Below are positions 13,129 to 24,835 of a DNA stretch of 64,000 bases, one piece after another (within the stretch, counting starts at the first letter, position 1; each line of letters begins with the position of its first letter). This stretch comes from Mantamonas sphyraenae STR306 (taxonomy: Eukaryota; Protista; CRuMs), in contig JAPMXV010000004.1 in assembly GCA_026936335.1 (NCBI GenBank), positions 124,001 through 188,000 of the forward strand. Reading direction: 5' to 3'. The translations under genes and the position numbers were made by a program. Below the pieces are notes generated by a model. It was not told where the DNA came from. It saw only the letters and a list, made by a program, of their open reading frames with translations, and searched no databases.

Positions 13129-14991
13129 ATGAGCAGCAGGACGACGACACGGAGCACCGCAAGGACGACGACGTCGACAGGGACAGGGAGCTCGGCGGTG
13201 GGAGGAGATGGTGGGTCAGGAGGAGCAGCAGCAGCAGCAGGCGGCGGCGGCGTAGGCGGCTCGTCGTTTGCTCGAAGGACGGTTCAACAGCAGGCGAGTG
13301 CGTTTGACCAGGCACAGAACCTGGTGGTGGCCATTGCCTTGACACCGTTTGCGGCTGCAGTGGCGCGTGTGCACGAGCTCGTCGACCGGCGAAGCAAGAA
13401 GGAGCAGGAGGAGTTCCAACTGGAGGAGGCAGAGATGGAACGGGTGGCAGAGGCGGCCAGGAAACAACGGGAACGGCGCGAGGCGCGTCGCAAGGGCAAA
13501 CTGGGCGACGATGACGACGCGTACGGCGATTACGGCGACACACGAGGCATGTCCAGCAAGAAGAGACGGCGTCAGCGCGCCAAGGCCATGGAGGAGTTGA
13601 AACCCAGGCTGAGCATCGAGCAACGGCGGCGGTTACATCGTCGACGACGCCGCCTGGGCGAACACACACGCTTCTACCAACACGACCCGGACGATTCGCC
13701 CCGAGAGTTGGTCATGTACATGTTGCCCTTGTTGGTGTTGGATGTCCTCCTGTCGGTGTACCTGTACGTGGGCGCGCCACTGGTGATTGCCAATCTCGAC
13801 GCAACGGCCGCCAGCTTTGTCGCCCTGTTTGCTCTCTTTGTCTTTGTGGCCTTGCTGGTGGTCTACGTGGTGATTGGACGTGAAACGACGTTGGACATCG
13901 AGTTGACGCTTGAACACGCGCTGGACCAGCAGCGGTACGGACGCGTGCGCTACTATTACCTGGGCCACAGCCAGCACGGGGTGCCTGTACCGCACACCCT
14001 ACCGGCAGACACGTGGAACAACATCCTCAGCACCCTCGGCCGCATGCTCACCTTTATGCAGATGGCCGTGCTGGTGTTGGGCACTCGCACGTTGCCGTTG
14101 CCCCCGTACATCGACTTGCAAGCACGTCTGCGCTATTTACTGCTGGATTTCGGGGCATCGGCGTATCCCAGTGTGTTTGGGGTGTTGGTGGCATGTGTGG
14201 TGCTCTATGCCCTGCTCGTCACTCTGCTGGTGGTCTTCAAGCAGTCCATGCACGGGCGCTTCCCCGTGTTTTCCATCTACTTTCGGCTCATCATGGGTCC
14301 CTTGTACATTCCCATTGTCTACAACATGCTGTCGGCCATTGTGTGCACGCCGGCAGCGGGAGGCGGCTTTGAGACAAGCGCACTGCTTGGCTCAGCCTCC
14401 TGTTGGAGTGGCATCGACCTGAACACCCTGAACATCGACAGCGCACAAGCAAACACACAGCTGATGTACGCGGTGCTGGCCACGGTGGTGGGTCTGGGCA
14501 TGTATCTGCCCCTGGTGCTCATCATGCGCGCGCAACGCGACACGCCACTCGTACCCGACCAGGACGAGCGACACCACCTGGCCACCCATCCATCGTACAG
14601 CTTCCTGGAGGCCATTGTGCATTTCTTCATGGTCTTTGCCGCTGTGTCGCTGCACTGGAATTTGTACGCAATGTGTGCCATCATCATGCTCTTTGCCTTT
14701 GTCCTCCTGGTCGCGGTCGTACGACGCAACCCGTCCACACTGCCCGTCGTCAACCTTTGGTTCTTTTTTATCTATCTGGGCATCCTGTGGACGGGTGTGG
14801 CTGGCATCCTTGCCGCACTCCTCGTCACAGACAACGTGTTCGGCCCCGCCGTCATCCCACGCGACAACATGTGGCCGCTGCTCATTCTTGCTAGCGGTTG
14901 GCTGGCCCTCGTTCTCCTGGGACTCCTCCAGACGCGTCGCCTGTGGAATCTGGGCAATGCCATTTTCTATTCCTTGGACGACGACGGATGA
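13129..14991 (+). CDS. Hypothetical multi-pass membrane protein (about 9-10 TM) with a charged N-terminal coiled coil
   Basis: 620-aa ORF with many hydrophobic helices; the 'LYIPIVYNMLSAIVC' and 'CW' pattern resembles protist 7TM-type membrane regions. Confidence 0.75.
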   Translation: MSSRTTTRSTARTTTSTGTGSSAVGGDGGSGGAAAAAGGGGVGGSSFARRTVQQQASAFDQAQNLVVAIALTPFAAAVARVHELVDRRSKKEQEEFQLEEAEMERVAEAARKQRERREARRKGKLGDDDDAYGDYGDTRGMSSKKRRRQRAKAMEELKPRLSIEQRRRLHRRRRRLGEHTRFYQHDPDDSPRELVMYMLPLLVLDVLLSVYLYVGAPLVIANLDATAASFVALFALFVFVALLVVYVVIGRETTLDIELTLEHALDQQRYGRVRYYYLGHSQHGVPVPHTLPADTWNNILSTLGRMLTFMQMAVLVLGTRTLPLPPYIDLQARLRYLLLDFGASAYPSVFGVLVACVVLYALLVTLLVVFKQSMHGRFPVFSIYFRLIMGPLYIPIVYNMLSAIVCTPAAGGGFETSALLGSASCWSGIDLNTLNIDSAQANTQLMYAVLATVVGLGMYLPLVLIMRAQRDTPLVPDQDERHHLATHPSYSFLEAIVHFFMVFAAVSLHWNLYAMCAIIMLFAFVLLVAVVRRNPSTLPVVNLWFFFIYLGILWTGVAGILAALLVTDNVFGPAVIPRDNMWPLLILASGWLALVLLGLLQTRRLWNLGNAIFYSLDDDG

Positions 14992-15071
14992 GAGGGGAAA
15001 TGAAGTGCTGGAAGAGAAGGAGAGCAAAAGACAATGGAATCGATGATTCTGTGGAGAGTGTGCGTGCATTG

Positions 15072-15405
15072 CTACTGGTTTCGCCGCGAGAAGACTGCGT
15101 AGAGAAAGACGGCGACGAGAGCGGTGAGGAAGGCCCACTTTGTGGACGACCAGTCGGCGCCACCGACAACCATGGCCGTCATCATCATCCCAAACATAAG
15201 GGGAAACTGTACATAGGCAATTCTGTCGCGTGGCGACATGCTGACATTTTCTAGCAAGTCGCTGGGGTTCCTGCAAAGCGCAGTTGGGGTGCAGGGGGGT
15301 GGTTTAGAACACGCGCTGTCAGCACATAGACACATTGCAGAGCCAACACCGGGTGTGCCGTGTGTGGAGAAACTAGAGACGTGACACGGGAGGAGAAACA
15401 GACAT
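15072..15405 (-). CDS. Putative 66-aa two-TM microprotein; intron 15403-15271 splits the ATG
   Basis: AT|GTCTGT...TTTGCAG|G AAC splices to [66 protein letters not shown]; lies head-to-head with the CDK about 80 bp away. Confidence 0.5.
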
Positions 15406-15487
15406 GTTGTGGGAATTGCTGGGGAGGCAAGCGCAGTGCTGCTCAGGTCCAGCCAATCGTTTTTTTCAATCGTCTCCCACCAGCAGC

Positions 15488-16817
15488 ATGAGCACACCAC
15501 AACGGTACAAGGGCCTGGACCGTTATCAACGTATCGACAAGCTGGGCGAGGGCACGTACGGCGTGGTGTACCAGGCGAAGGACAAGGAAACGGAGGACCT
15601 GGTTGCGTTGAAGCGCATCAGGCTGGAATCGGACGACGAGGGCGTGCCGTGCACAGCTATCCGGGAAATCAGCCTGCTGAAAGAGTTGTATCATCCGAAT
15701 GTGGTGCGGTGAGTGGATGGATGGGAGTGCTGAAGGGCGATGGACGAGGCTGGCAGCAAAGGGGGGGGAGCTCGCAACTGACAACCGCAAGTTTCTCCTT
15801 TTTCGTTCTTTGTGCGTGTACGCAGCCTGTACGATGTGCTGCACACAGAAAAGAAGCTGACGTTGGTGTTTGAATACCTGGAAATGGATCTGAAGAAGTA
15901 CATGGATTCGATGGATGGCGTGTTGGAGCCCACCGTGATCAAGTCGCTGCTCTACCAACTGCTGCTGGGCATCAAGTACTGCCACGACCGGCGTGTGCTA
16001 CATCGCGATCTGAAACCGCAGAATCTGCTCATCAGCAAGTCGCTACTGCTCAAGCTGGCCGACTTTGGCCTGGCACGCGCCTTTGGCATCCCTGTGCGGC
16101 AATATTCCCACGAGGTGAGTGGTGGTTGCCCGATTCCGTTTTCTTCGCCTGCAGCCCCAGCCACCCGGTTGCTCCCAGGCGCGGGCCTTGCGAGTGCTCA
16201 CACAAAAAGGGGGTTGCGCGTGTACACAGGTGGTGACACTGTGGTACCGAGCACCGGACGTGCTTCTGGGATCCAAGCAGTACTCGACTCCAATCGACAT
16301 CTGGAGCATCGGCTGCATCTTTGCTGAGATGGTCAACGGCCGCCCGCTGTTTCCGGGCTCCAACGCCGGCGACGAGCTCGAGCGCATCTACAAGTAGGTT
16401 TGTCGGGGGAAGTGTGCAAGGGCATGGGGAACCGCAGCACATGTGGACAGGGCGAAATTGCGAGTCGAGAGAAAGGCATTGAGAGTGCAGCTGGCTCACA
16501 CGACCCCCCAACCCGCACTGTGACGAAACAGAGTGCTGGGCACCCCCAACGAAGAGGACTACCCGGGTTTGGCCGAACTGCCAGACTGGAATGCAGACGA
16601 AGCGCCGCAGTACGAGGGCAAAAGTGTGGCCGAGGTTTGCACGGACTTGGACGACGACGGCTTGGACCTGCTGCAGAGCATGCTGCAGTACGACCCGACC
16701 AAGCGCATCACTGCCAAGGAGGCACTGAACCATGCCTTTTTCGAAGACGTCCAATTGCCCGAAGAGTGGGAGGAGGAGCACAAAGCCATCCAGGAAGAAC
16801 TGGGAGAAGGATTTTGA
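15488..16817 (+). CDS. Cyclin-dependent kinase with a PCTAIRE motif (CDK5/Pho85-like), 4 exons
   Basis: [32 protein letters not shown] and [10 protein letters not shown]; GTGAGT/GTAGGT donors. Confidence 0.95.
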
Positions 16818-16886
16818 GGAAATGGAAGCGTGTGCCATTGCAAGGGTTTCCATTGCCCCATCCCACACGCCCCATGGCATCCAGTG

Positions 16887-17911
16887 TCAATCTGTGTCCA
16901 TGGCATTGCTGCCCATGCCACGCATGGCCTGTGCCATCTGTGCAGGCATGGATTCCAAGACCTCCTTCGGCAAAGGCATGCCGGGCTTCCAGCCTGCAGG
17001 CAGAGTCAATCCTCCAGCCATGCCCATGCGTGCCTTTGCATGCTCCGCAGCAGCAGCAGCCTTTGCCATCTGTCGCATCTCCTTGGCTTGTTTCTCCCGC
17101 TTCAGACGCGCCTCTTCTCGTTTGTTGCCCGTCTCGATCAGCTTTGCCAGCTGGTCTGACCTCTGCACCACCTTTTGCACACGTTGCGGCAGATATGCCT
17201 CGACGTCACTCTTGTGTTGCGTTTGGTCGTGCAACACCGACGCTTGCAGCTGCGCGTGCCATGGAAACGGCACCAGAAGCGCCTCCCCCTTGTTCGGCCT
17301 GAACGTGCTCGCCCCAATTCGTCCTGCATACCCGACCAGCTCCTGTACATCCACTTGGTCTGTTGTGTGTGCATGCACACGGGTTTGTGTAACATACACA
17401 CACGTGTTGCATGTGTGTTGTGGTTCGGTGTGTTGTGGTATCGTGTCAGCGGGCGAGTGCCAAGAATCACGACGGTGGAAAGTGGATTCGTGACTTTGTG
17501 GCGTCTCACACACACACATCAACGTACGTTCGGCTGCCTGCTCCATTAGCTGCAGTTGAGAGCGCCCCTTGTTCACCACTGTCAATAGATTACTCTCCAT
17601 GTCCTTCAGGGAGGCCGCCAACGCGTCGATCTGTGCGTCTTTCTCGGCCGCCTTTGCCTCCAGCGCCTCCAGCTTCTTCTGGAACCGCTGGTGTTGTTCC
17701 ACTGTGATTGGTGAGGTGGTGTGGGGTGCCAGGTGACAAGCATGAGCCATCACCACAACAACGTCAGCGAGTGCGCGTGTGCGTACGGGGTGCTTGTCCC
17801 TTACATTCAACAACCTGTGCCTGCAGCACTGTGTCCTTCTCCAACAATGCTTGTAGCACCTTGACAGAACTCCGTTCGTTCTCCTCTGTGTTTGTACCAT
17901 CGCTCGTCGTG

Positions 17912-17952
<41 letters not shown>

Positions 17953-18096
17953 ACCAATGGTGGTGGACCCCGATCTCACGAGCTGAGTCGTGCTCGAGCT
18001 GCCTCCTGCAGCCACACGAGCCTCCCCATCGAGTGCATCAAACAACCGTGCCAGCAAGTCTTGGTAGTCCCGCAGGGTATCCACTACCACGTCCAT
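16887..18096 (-). CDS. MED4: Mediator subunit 4, 3 exons (18096-17805, 17701-17528, 17359-16887)
   Basis: Coiled coil followed by VDVQELVGYAGRIGASTF...VPFPWHAQLQASVL, matching the Med4 'ELISYA.RIS...PYP' pattern. Confidence 0.75.
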
Positions 18097-18186
18097 CACC
18101 TGCCGCCGTTGCTGTGGTGCGTCCAGCGCAATCTGGCAAAGAAAGGAAATTGAGATCTCCCGCAGCACTCCAGCCTCACATCCGCC

Positions 18187-21173
18187 ATGTCATCCAGCAC
18201 AGAATCCTCCCCGAATGCTTCCCATGACAGTTCTGACAAGCTTGCCATCGACGAACTGTCCAGTCCTGACCTGGCTGCCCTGCTCCAGAGTGACGAGCAG
18301 GCAAACTTGCTTATCATCGACTCTCGTCCACCTTTCTACTACAAGAAGGGCATGATCCAAGGTGCCATCAACATCTACCCAACCAGCGCCTCTGTCGATG
18401 CTGCAATCGATGCCATGCCCGACACCGCCAAGGAGCTCTTTGATCGCCGTGCCAAGCTGTGCGTAACCGTCTGCCGTTTGCTTCACCCATCCCCGTGCCT
18501 ATGTCCCTGCTCGCTCTGCTCCCTCTCGTCTCGCTCACACTCACTCAATCATCGATCTCACGCGTTGGGGAATCTGTGCTGATCTTGTCACCACACCCGG
18601 ATCGATGCGACTGCACCGCGTGCGTACCCTATTCTTGCACCACTCCGATCCCGAAAACACCCACAGCAAGCTCGTATGGTATGCCAAGAACAGCCCGTTT
18701 GACGACAGTGTCGGCGAACAGGTGCTCCAGTATCTGCAGGAGGATGCTCAGGTCTCGCACGTCTGGGTGCTCCAAGGTACACACATCCACCTGCCTCAAG
18801 GCTGCATGGATTTGCCAAAAAACACGCCCTTTGCAAGTGCACTTGCTCATCCGCTCCGCATCGTCCGTATCTCAATCCCACTCCCCCGAAAATTCCACAG
18901 GCGGTTTCCGTGATTTTAAAAAGCAATTCAAGGAGTTTTGCAGCAGTGTGTCCTCGCCTCGCCGCCGCAGTAAAGAGAAGCTGCGCGCACGCTCTGTTTC
19001 GCCCGGCAGCCGCCGCAAATCAGGCGACCTTTCCTCTGTCGTTCGCGTATGTTGGGCTCCCGTGTGTCCTCATGCCACTGCATCTGCACCACAATCTGAC
19101 CCATGACCCAACCCATGCACACAGATCTCCACCGATTTGCAAGATCTGCATCTGGGCTCCGTAGCCTTGACGCCCATCATGCACTACTTTTTCTACGACC
19201 AGGCAGACATGGTCGCTCGCCATCACTACAACCAATCGTTCATGTTCAAAGTCACCGCTCCCATGACAGAGACCATCATGGCAGCCACGGTGCGACGCCT
19301 CATCCAAAAGCACGATGCATTTCGCTTCCGATACGAACGCCGTTCCAGCGCAAACAACGAAGACACGGCGTGGCGACAGTACGTGCTGCCACCAGAGGCT
19401 TTTGAGGATGACGACGGCGGCGCCTTCCAACTGGTGAATCTGTCTGCGCTCGAGACGCGCGAGGAGCGGCGCGAGACGCTGGAAACAAAGGCTGCGCAAG
19501 CACAGGCGTCGCTGGACATACAGAAGGGCCCCATGCTGCGTCTGGTGTTGTTTGATCTGGGCACCGACTACGAAGAGGAGACGGATGAGGAAGGAAATAG
19601 GACGGGTGACGAGGGCGGACAGCCGAGCCAGCGTCTGTTGGTGGTCATTCATCACTTGGCTGTCGACGGTGTGTCCTGGCGCGTGCTGATGGACGACATT
19701 GCACGCATCTACCAGCAGGTGCGGAAGGGGGTCAGCACGTCGTTCGGCACCTCCGACTCGTTTGCCCTGTGGGCAAGCAAGCTGCTGTCGTACGCTCAGA
19801 GCGCAGCGGCGGTGAGCGAGGTCGAACACTGGGTCAGCAACGTGGGCGCACGTGCCAAAAAGGCCCTCAAATCCCTACAGCTGCCACTGGACTACACAGA
19901 CGGCGTGGAAAACATGCTCAAGTCCAAGGTGGACGTGGTGCGCATCCAACTGACGGTGGAGGAGACCGAAGCCGTGCTGCGCCTGCTGCCAGCACAGTTC
20001 AACACTCGCATCAACGACGTCCTTCTCACCGCCACTGTGATGGCTTTGAAAAAGTGGACGGGGGCCACCAGCGCCCTGCTGGACATGGAGGGCCACGGTC
20101 GCGAAGACATTGTGTCTGGGGTGGACATTTCCGGCACCATCGGTTGGTTCACCTCCATCTTCCCGGTCTTTGTGGACATCAAGGGCGCCAGCTCCGACGT
20201 CGAGGCCCTGCACATGGTCAAGGAGACCCTTGCGGCCATTCCGAACAACGGCGTCGGCTACGGCATCCTGCGCTACCTCAATCGCAACACCTCGCTGCGC
20301 ACACGCCTCACCGACATGCCCTCACCACAAATCTCCTGGAACTATCTGGGTCAGTTTGGCAGCAGCTTCAACAGCAGCACCTCCTCTTCCTCCGCTTCGT
20401 CGTCGTCGTCGTCCTCTTCTTCCTCCTCATCCAAGTCGCGAGGGTCGACCAGGAGCAGTGGCACGGGAAGCAAGCACAAACTTCTGGCCAAGCGATCGGC
20501 CTCCCTTGCCGATGCCCTGTCCAGCCCGTCTTCGTTGTCATCCATGGAAACCGGCAGTGTGCTGAGCATGGACACGGACGAGAGTGCAGACGAGAGCAAG
20601 GAGTCCACGACCAGCCGACTGCTGTTTCCCGAGGCCGACGACAACGATGACGAGGGATTGACAGCGAGCAAGGCCAACCACGAGGTGATGGCAGATGAGC
20701 CAACAGGTGACAAGGAAACCACACAGGCAAGCGAGAAGGATGTGGGTGTGTATGGACCCGAGGATGGAAGCCCACTGTTTCAGATGGCCAGCGAAAATAA
20801 GGGTGCCGACTCGTCTCTGGAACAGACCAAAGACCACGTGCTGGACTTTTACGGCTGGCTCATGGGCGACCAGCTGGAGTTTTTCGTGGCGTACAGCACC
20901 GACATCCACAAGCGCAGCACCATGGACAAGCTGGCCTCGTACTTTCTCAAGTCGCTCACCAACCTCATCGACGCCGCCGCAGACGCCGCAGGCACCGCCT
21001 CGCCAAGCCGTACCAACAGCAACAATCACAGCCACGGTGGAAACTCGTCGTCGTCGTCGTCGTCGTCGTCCCCCGGCAGTGCAGGCAGCACAGGAAGCAG
21101 TGGATCATCACGCCGCTTCTCATTCCGCAAACGCTCGCTCTCCCTGCGTGGCAGCAACAACAACAATGCATAA
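18187..21173 (+). CDS. Rhodanese-like domain fused to a stand-alone NRPS epimerization (E) domain; exons 18187-18458, 18667-18776, 18901-19046, 19125-21173 (858 aa)
   Basis: Rhodanese: LIIDSRPPFYYKKGMIQGAINI...VWVLQGGFRDF. E-domain motifs: LTPIMHYFF, HHLAVDGVSW, NDVLLTA, EGHGRE, TIGWFTSIFP, PNNGVGYG, WNYLGQF. The splice phases are consistent. Confidence 0.85.
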
Positions 21174-21264
21174 TGGGCGACCTTGACTGGTGCTTGTGTC
21201 AATTTTGAGATGCTGGGTTCATTGTTCCTTGTTCCCTCGATTTCACTTCACACTTCCACACTCA

Positions 21265-24200
21265 TCACTGCAGCAGCTCGGTGGCCGGGAGGGGCTCGTA
21301 GCTGACCTCCTCCTTGACCATCTTGACGCTGCCGAGGTTGATGGCAGCCATGTCTTCGTCGTCGATGTGGTTGATGTAGTCGCTGAGGTAGTAAATGAGC
21401 AGGAGGGGCTTCTGCGGGATTTCCTCCTTGAAACGGGCCACCGACTTTGCTGGGTAGCGCAGCTCGTTGTTGCCGCTGTTGAACGTAAAGTTGCGTCGGC
21501 ACCACTCGATCAGCGTGTCCACCACCTGGACCTCGAGCGAAGCAGCAATGTACTTTTTGATCGGAGCGCAGCCCTCGTGCAGCAGCGACAGACACAACAG
21601 CAGGCGCGGGTCGGGCTCCTGCACCACAAACGCACGTCGCGGGTCGCCGCCGCGGAAGAGGCGATGGCGTGTGACCGGGTTCTTGGGGTTGCCTCGCAGC
21701 ACGCCGGTTTCCACGTCGGCCAGCGAGAACAGCTGCATGCCCACCATGTACTTGTAGTTGCTCTGGAACTTTTCGCGGCGCTTCTTGTCGCGCGGGGCTC
21801 CGTACAGGATGTGCTCGTGGATGACCATGCAGTGGTACAGGTTCAGGAAAAAGGTGCACTTCTCCTGGTGGCTGTTCAACTCGCTCAGGTTGACTTGCTG
21901 CAGCTCCGCCGTGGCTTCCACAAACGCCTTGAATCCGTCCGTGCGTGCCATGTCCGACCAGGGAATCTCCTCCGATGTGCTCTGCGACGCGTGCTCGTAC
22001 ACAATGGCCATGGCCTGCTCGAGGAGGCCGTCCATGACCTCGACGGGGTGGCCGCACATGGCCTTGAATTCCACTTCCATGTTGAGGACCACGTCCTTGC
22101 TGTTGATGACCTCGTGGGTGTTGTCGGCGCCCACCAGGTAGCCCTCTTCCAGGTCGTAGAAGATCTGGTTGTTCCAGTTGATCGGGGCCGAGTTGACGGT
22201 GACCGATTGGTTGTTGATCATGTCGGCCATGGTCAGGCGCTGCTCCTCCGTGAGGTAGGCCTCAATCCAGCTCAGGGTCTCGGTCAGGTTCTTGCCGAAA
22301 TCGGTGCGGTACAGGTCAAACAGTTTGGGCAGGACGATCTCCTTCTTCTTGAACTCGATGCGCTGGCGCAAAAAGGTGACGGTGGAGTACTCGAGCTGGT
22401 CGTCGAGCTTGTCGGCGTAGAAGATGCGCACGACGGGCGAAGAGACGGTGAGGTGGGAGAGACAAAAGTGGACGCGTGGGTCGACCTTGTCGCAGACGAG
22501 TTCGCGGCGAGGGTCTCGGCGTCCGAAGCGCTTCTTGAAGTTTGCGCGCAGGATGCCGTGCTGGATGTCGTCGAGACAGTAGGCGAGGCCGCCGACCTTG
22601 TAGCGATAGACGGAGAAAAAGGTGCGGCGTGCAAAGAGGGTGTCGGGTGCGCCGACGGTGACGTGGATGTGGAACACGAGCACGTTGTAGAGGTTGGTCC
22701 AGAAGGCAATCTTCTCCTTGGGCTTGAGATTGGACACGTCGACTTCCTGCAACTCGGCAGCGTTCTCGACAAAGTCCTCAAAGGCCTCTGAGCCTGCCAT
22801 TTCCCAAAAGTCTGCGCTCTGGCCGCGCACAAACTTGCCGATCTTTGTGCGGTGCTGGATGTAGATGCGCTGGACGGCGTCGAGCAGATCTGCAGCGACC
22901 TCTCCTGCGGGACGGGGCGGGTCGGTCCACTCGATGTCGCCGTTGAGCACCCAGGCGTCGTCGTCCTGGAACTCTTCGCCTGCCTTGTCGGAGGTGATGG
23001 GTTGGTACTCGTTGGAAATTTGCGTCTTTTGCAGCATGGTGGTGAAGCCGACAATGTCGTAGTCGATGTGCTCCTCCTCGGGCTCGTCCTCGGGGAAGAA
23101 ATAGTTGCTGATCTTTTCGGTGTTGTCACACAGGTGTTTGTAGAAATCGAGCAGGCGCGTCTGCAGGGTCTGCGGATCGAGGCGGTCCTCCGGCACAGGC
23201 GGCACAATGAGGTTGCCGTCGTCGTCCTCGGGCAGCGGGTTGGACGACAGCGAATGGAAGTACTTGCCGATGGTTTCGTAGTTGGTGATGATGAACGAGT
23301 TGAGCGCATGCATAAACTCTTCCTTGCCGACGAATTCGACACCGTTGGCCAAGTTTTGCACCACCTTGGCGACAAGCACCATTGCTCGACGAGCCTCACG
23401 CGTGGGCTTGGCTGTGCAAAACGTGAGTGGAAGGGGGTGGGGGGATGCGGGAAACAGGGGGTTTGGTGGGGTGTGTGTGAGCAGGTTGGTGGAGGTGGAG
23501 CTGGCGTCACGGGCGGGAGGGTCTTGGCGCAACGTACTGTCGACGAGCTGGTACAGCTCGGGGGTCACAATGGAGGGACACACGAAACGCAGGAACATGA
23601 AACCAGCCACCGAGACCTTCCAGTCGTCGGGGAACTTGCTGGACACGATGTCCTTGAGGAGGGAGCAGACGTTTTTCAGCTCGCTGCAAGGCGTGTCCCG
23701 GAAATTTCGAGTTGGGCACAAAAGCGGAGACAAACACGTGCGGGACGGGCAGAGGGACGGGTAAGTAAAGGGCAGCGTGTGGAACGAAGAATGTGCAGAG
23801 TGGCAGGCGAGACAAGGAGAGCAGAGGGTGCACGCGTGCCCGGTAGGGGCGCGAAAGGAAGGGCGAAGTGGGCGAGAGAACGGGGAGGGCCGAAAATGTG
23901 AAACTTACGAGGGACACTGCTCCTCGGTGTCGAGCATGGCGTCGAGGATGGACTGGGAGTAGCCCTCAATGCGCTGCAGGTTGGCCTCAATGTCGGTGTC
24001 GTCCTTGACACGACCCGGATCGACCTGATGATGGGGAGAGCGTTCGCGGGGCTGTGTGTGAGTGGGGCGGCGGAGAGGAGCAGGGCATGTGTGGATAACT
24101 CACCTCCAGGCTCTCTGTGATGGACACGAGGTCGTCCAGGATGGGCTTGAGGGTGTCGCGCAGGTAGTCGTGGCCCACCAGCATGGCATAGTTGGACATG

Positions 24201-24766
24201 AGACGCGTGGCGACGGAGTTTCCTCGGAACAGGGTGGTGGCGTGCTCTGCGCGCAAATTTCGTCAGTGACGCCAACGGCCAAACAAAGAAAACGGGGCCG
24301 GGAGCAGGAAGGAGGGTGGATGGCGAGCACGCGGGAAGGTGTGGGCCAAGGACAGGGAGAGATGGATGGCGGGCGGGGGTCGTGCGAGCAACTCACCAGT
24401 GGCATCGACCTCGCGGGAGATGACAAAGCGGAGCAGGTCCATGTTTTGGTTGAGAGCCTCAAAGATGTAAATGATGGCCTTGCAAGCCTTGTCACCGCCT
24501 GCCTGGGTGGCAGTGACGTCACACACACAGGCCATGAGGTTGTACTCCTTGTCCGAGATGTAATCGATGAACTGCGGGTACTGCTCGAGCAGCAGCTCGG
24601 CCTCGGTCTTGGCGCGCACCTGTTGGGCAATGTTGAAGGCCTCCTCTTCCTCGTCTTCCTCGTCGTCCGACTCGTCGCCCTCCTCCCCTTCGCCTCCTTC
24701 GATCACTTCGACCTCTTCCTCGGCCACGGTGGCTTGCTCGACGGCGTTCTTCTCTTCGTCGCTCAT
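21265..24766 (-). CDS. RasGAP domain followed by two DUF547 domains, multi-exon
   Basis: TTLFRGNS arginine finger and FMFLRFVCPSIVTP RasGAP signature; two repeats of the DUF547 pattern (AFWTNLYN...LDDIQHGILR...DPRVHF and FFLNLYH...LADVETGVLR...DPRLLL). Confidence 0.85.
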
Positions 24767-24835
24767 GGGAGTCGTGTGGTTTTGGGAGTTGGTGGGGTCA
24801 GCGCCGGCGTCGGCACTTCAAAGCCCCAAAAAAGC

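Noticed and set aside
19125-21173. NRPS biosynthetic gene cluster or bacterial contamination
   Set aside because: No A, PCP or TE domains are nearby, and the domain is spliced to eukaryotic exons between housekeeping genes.
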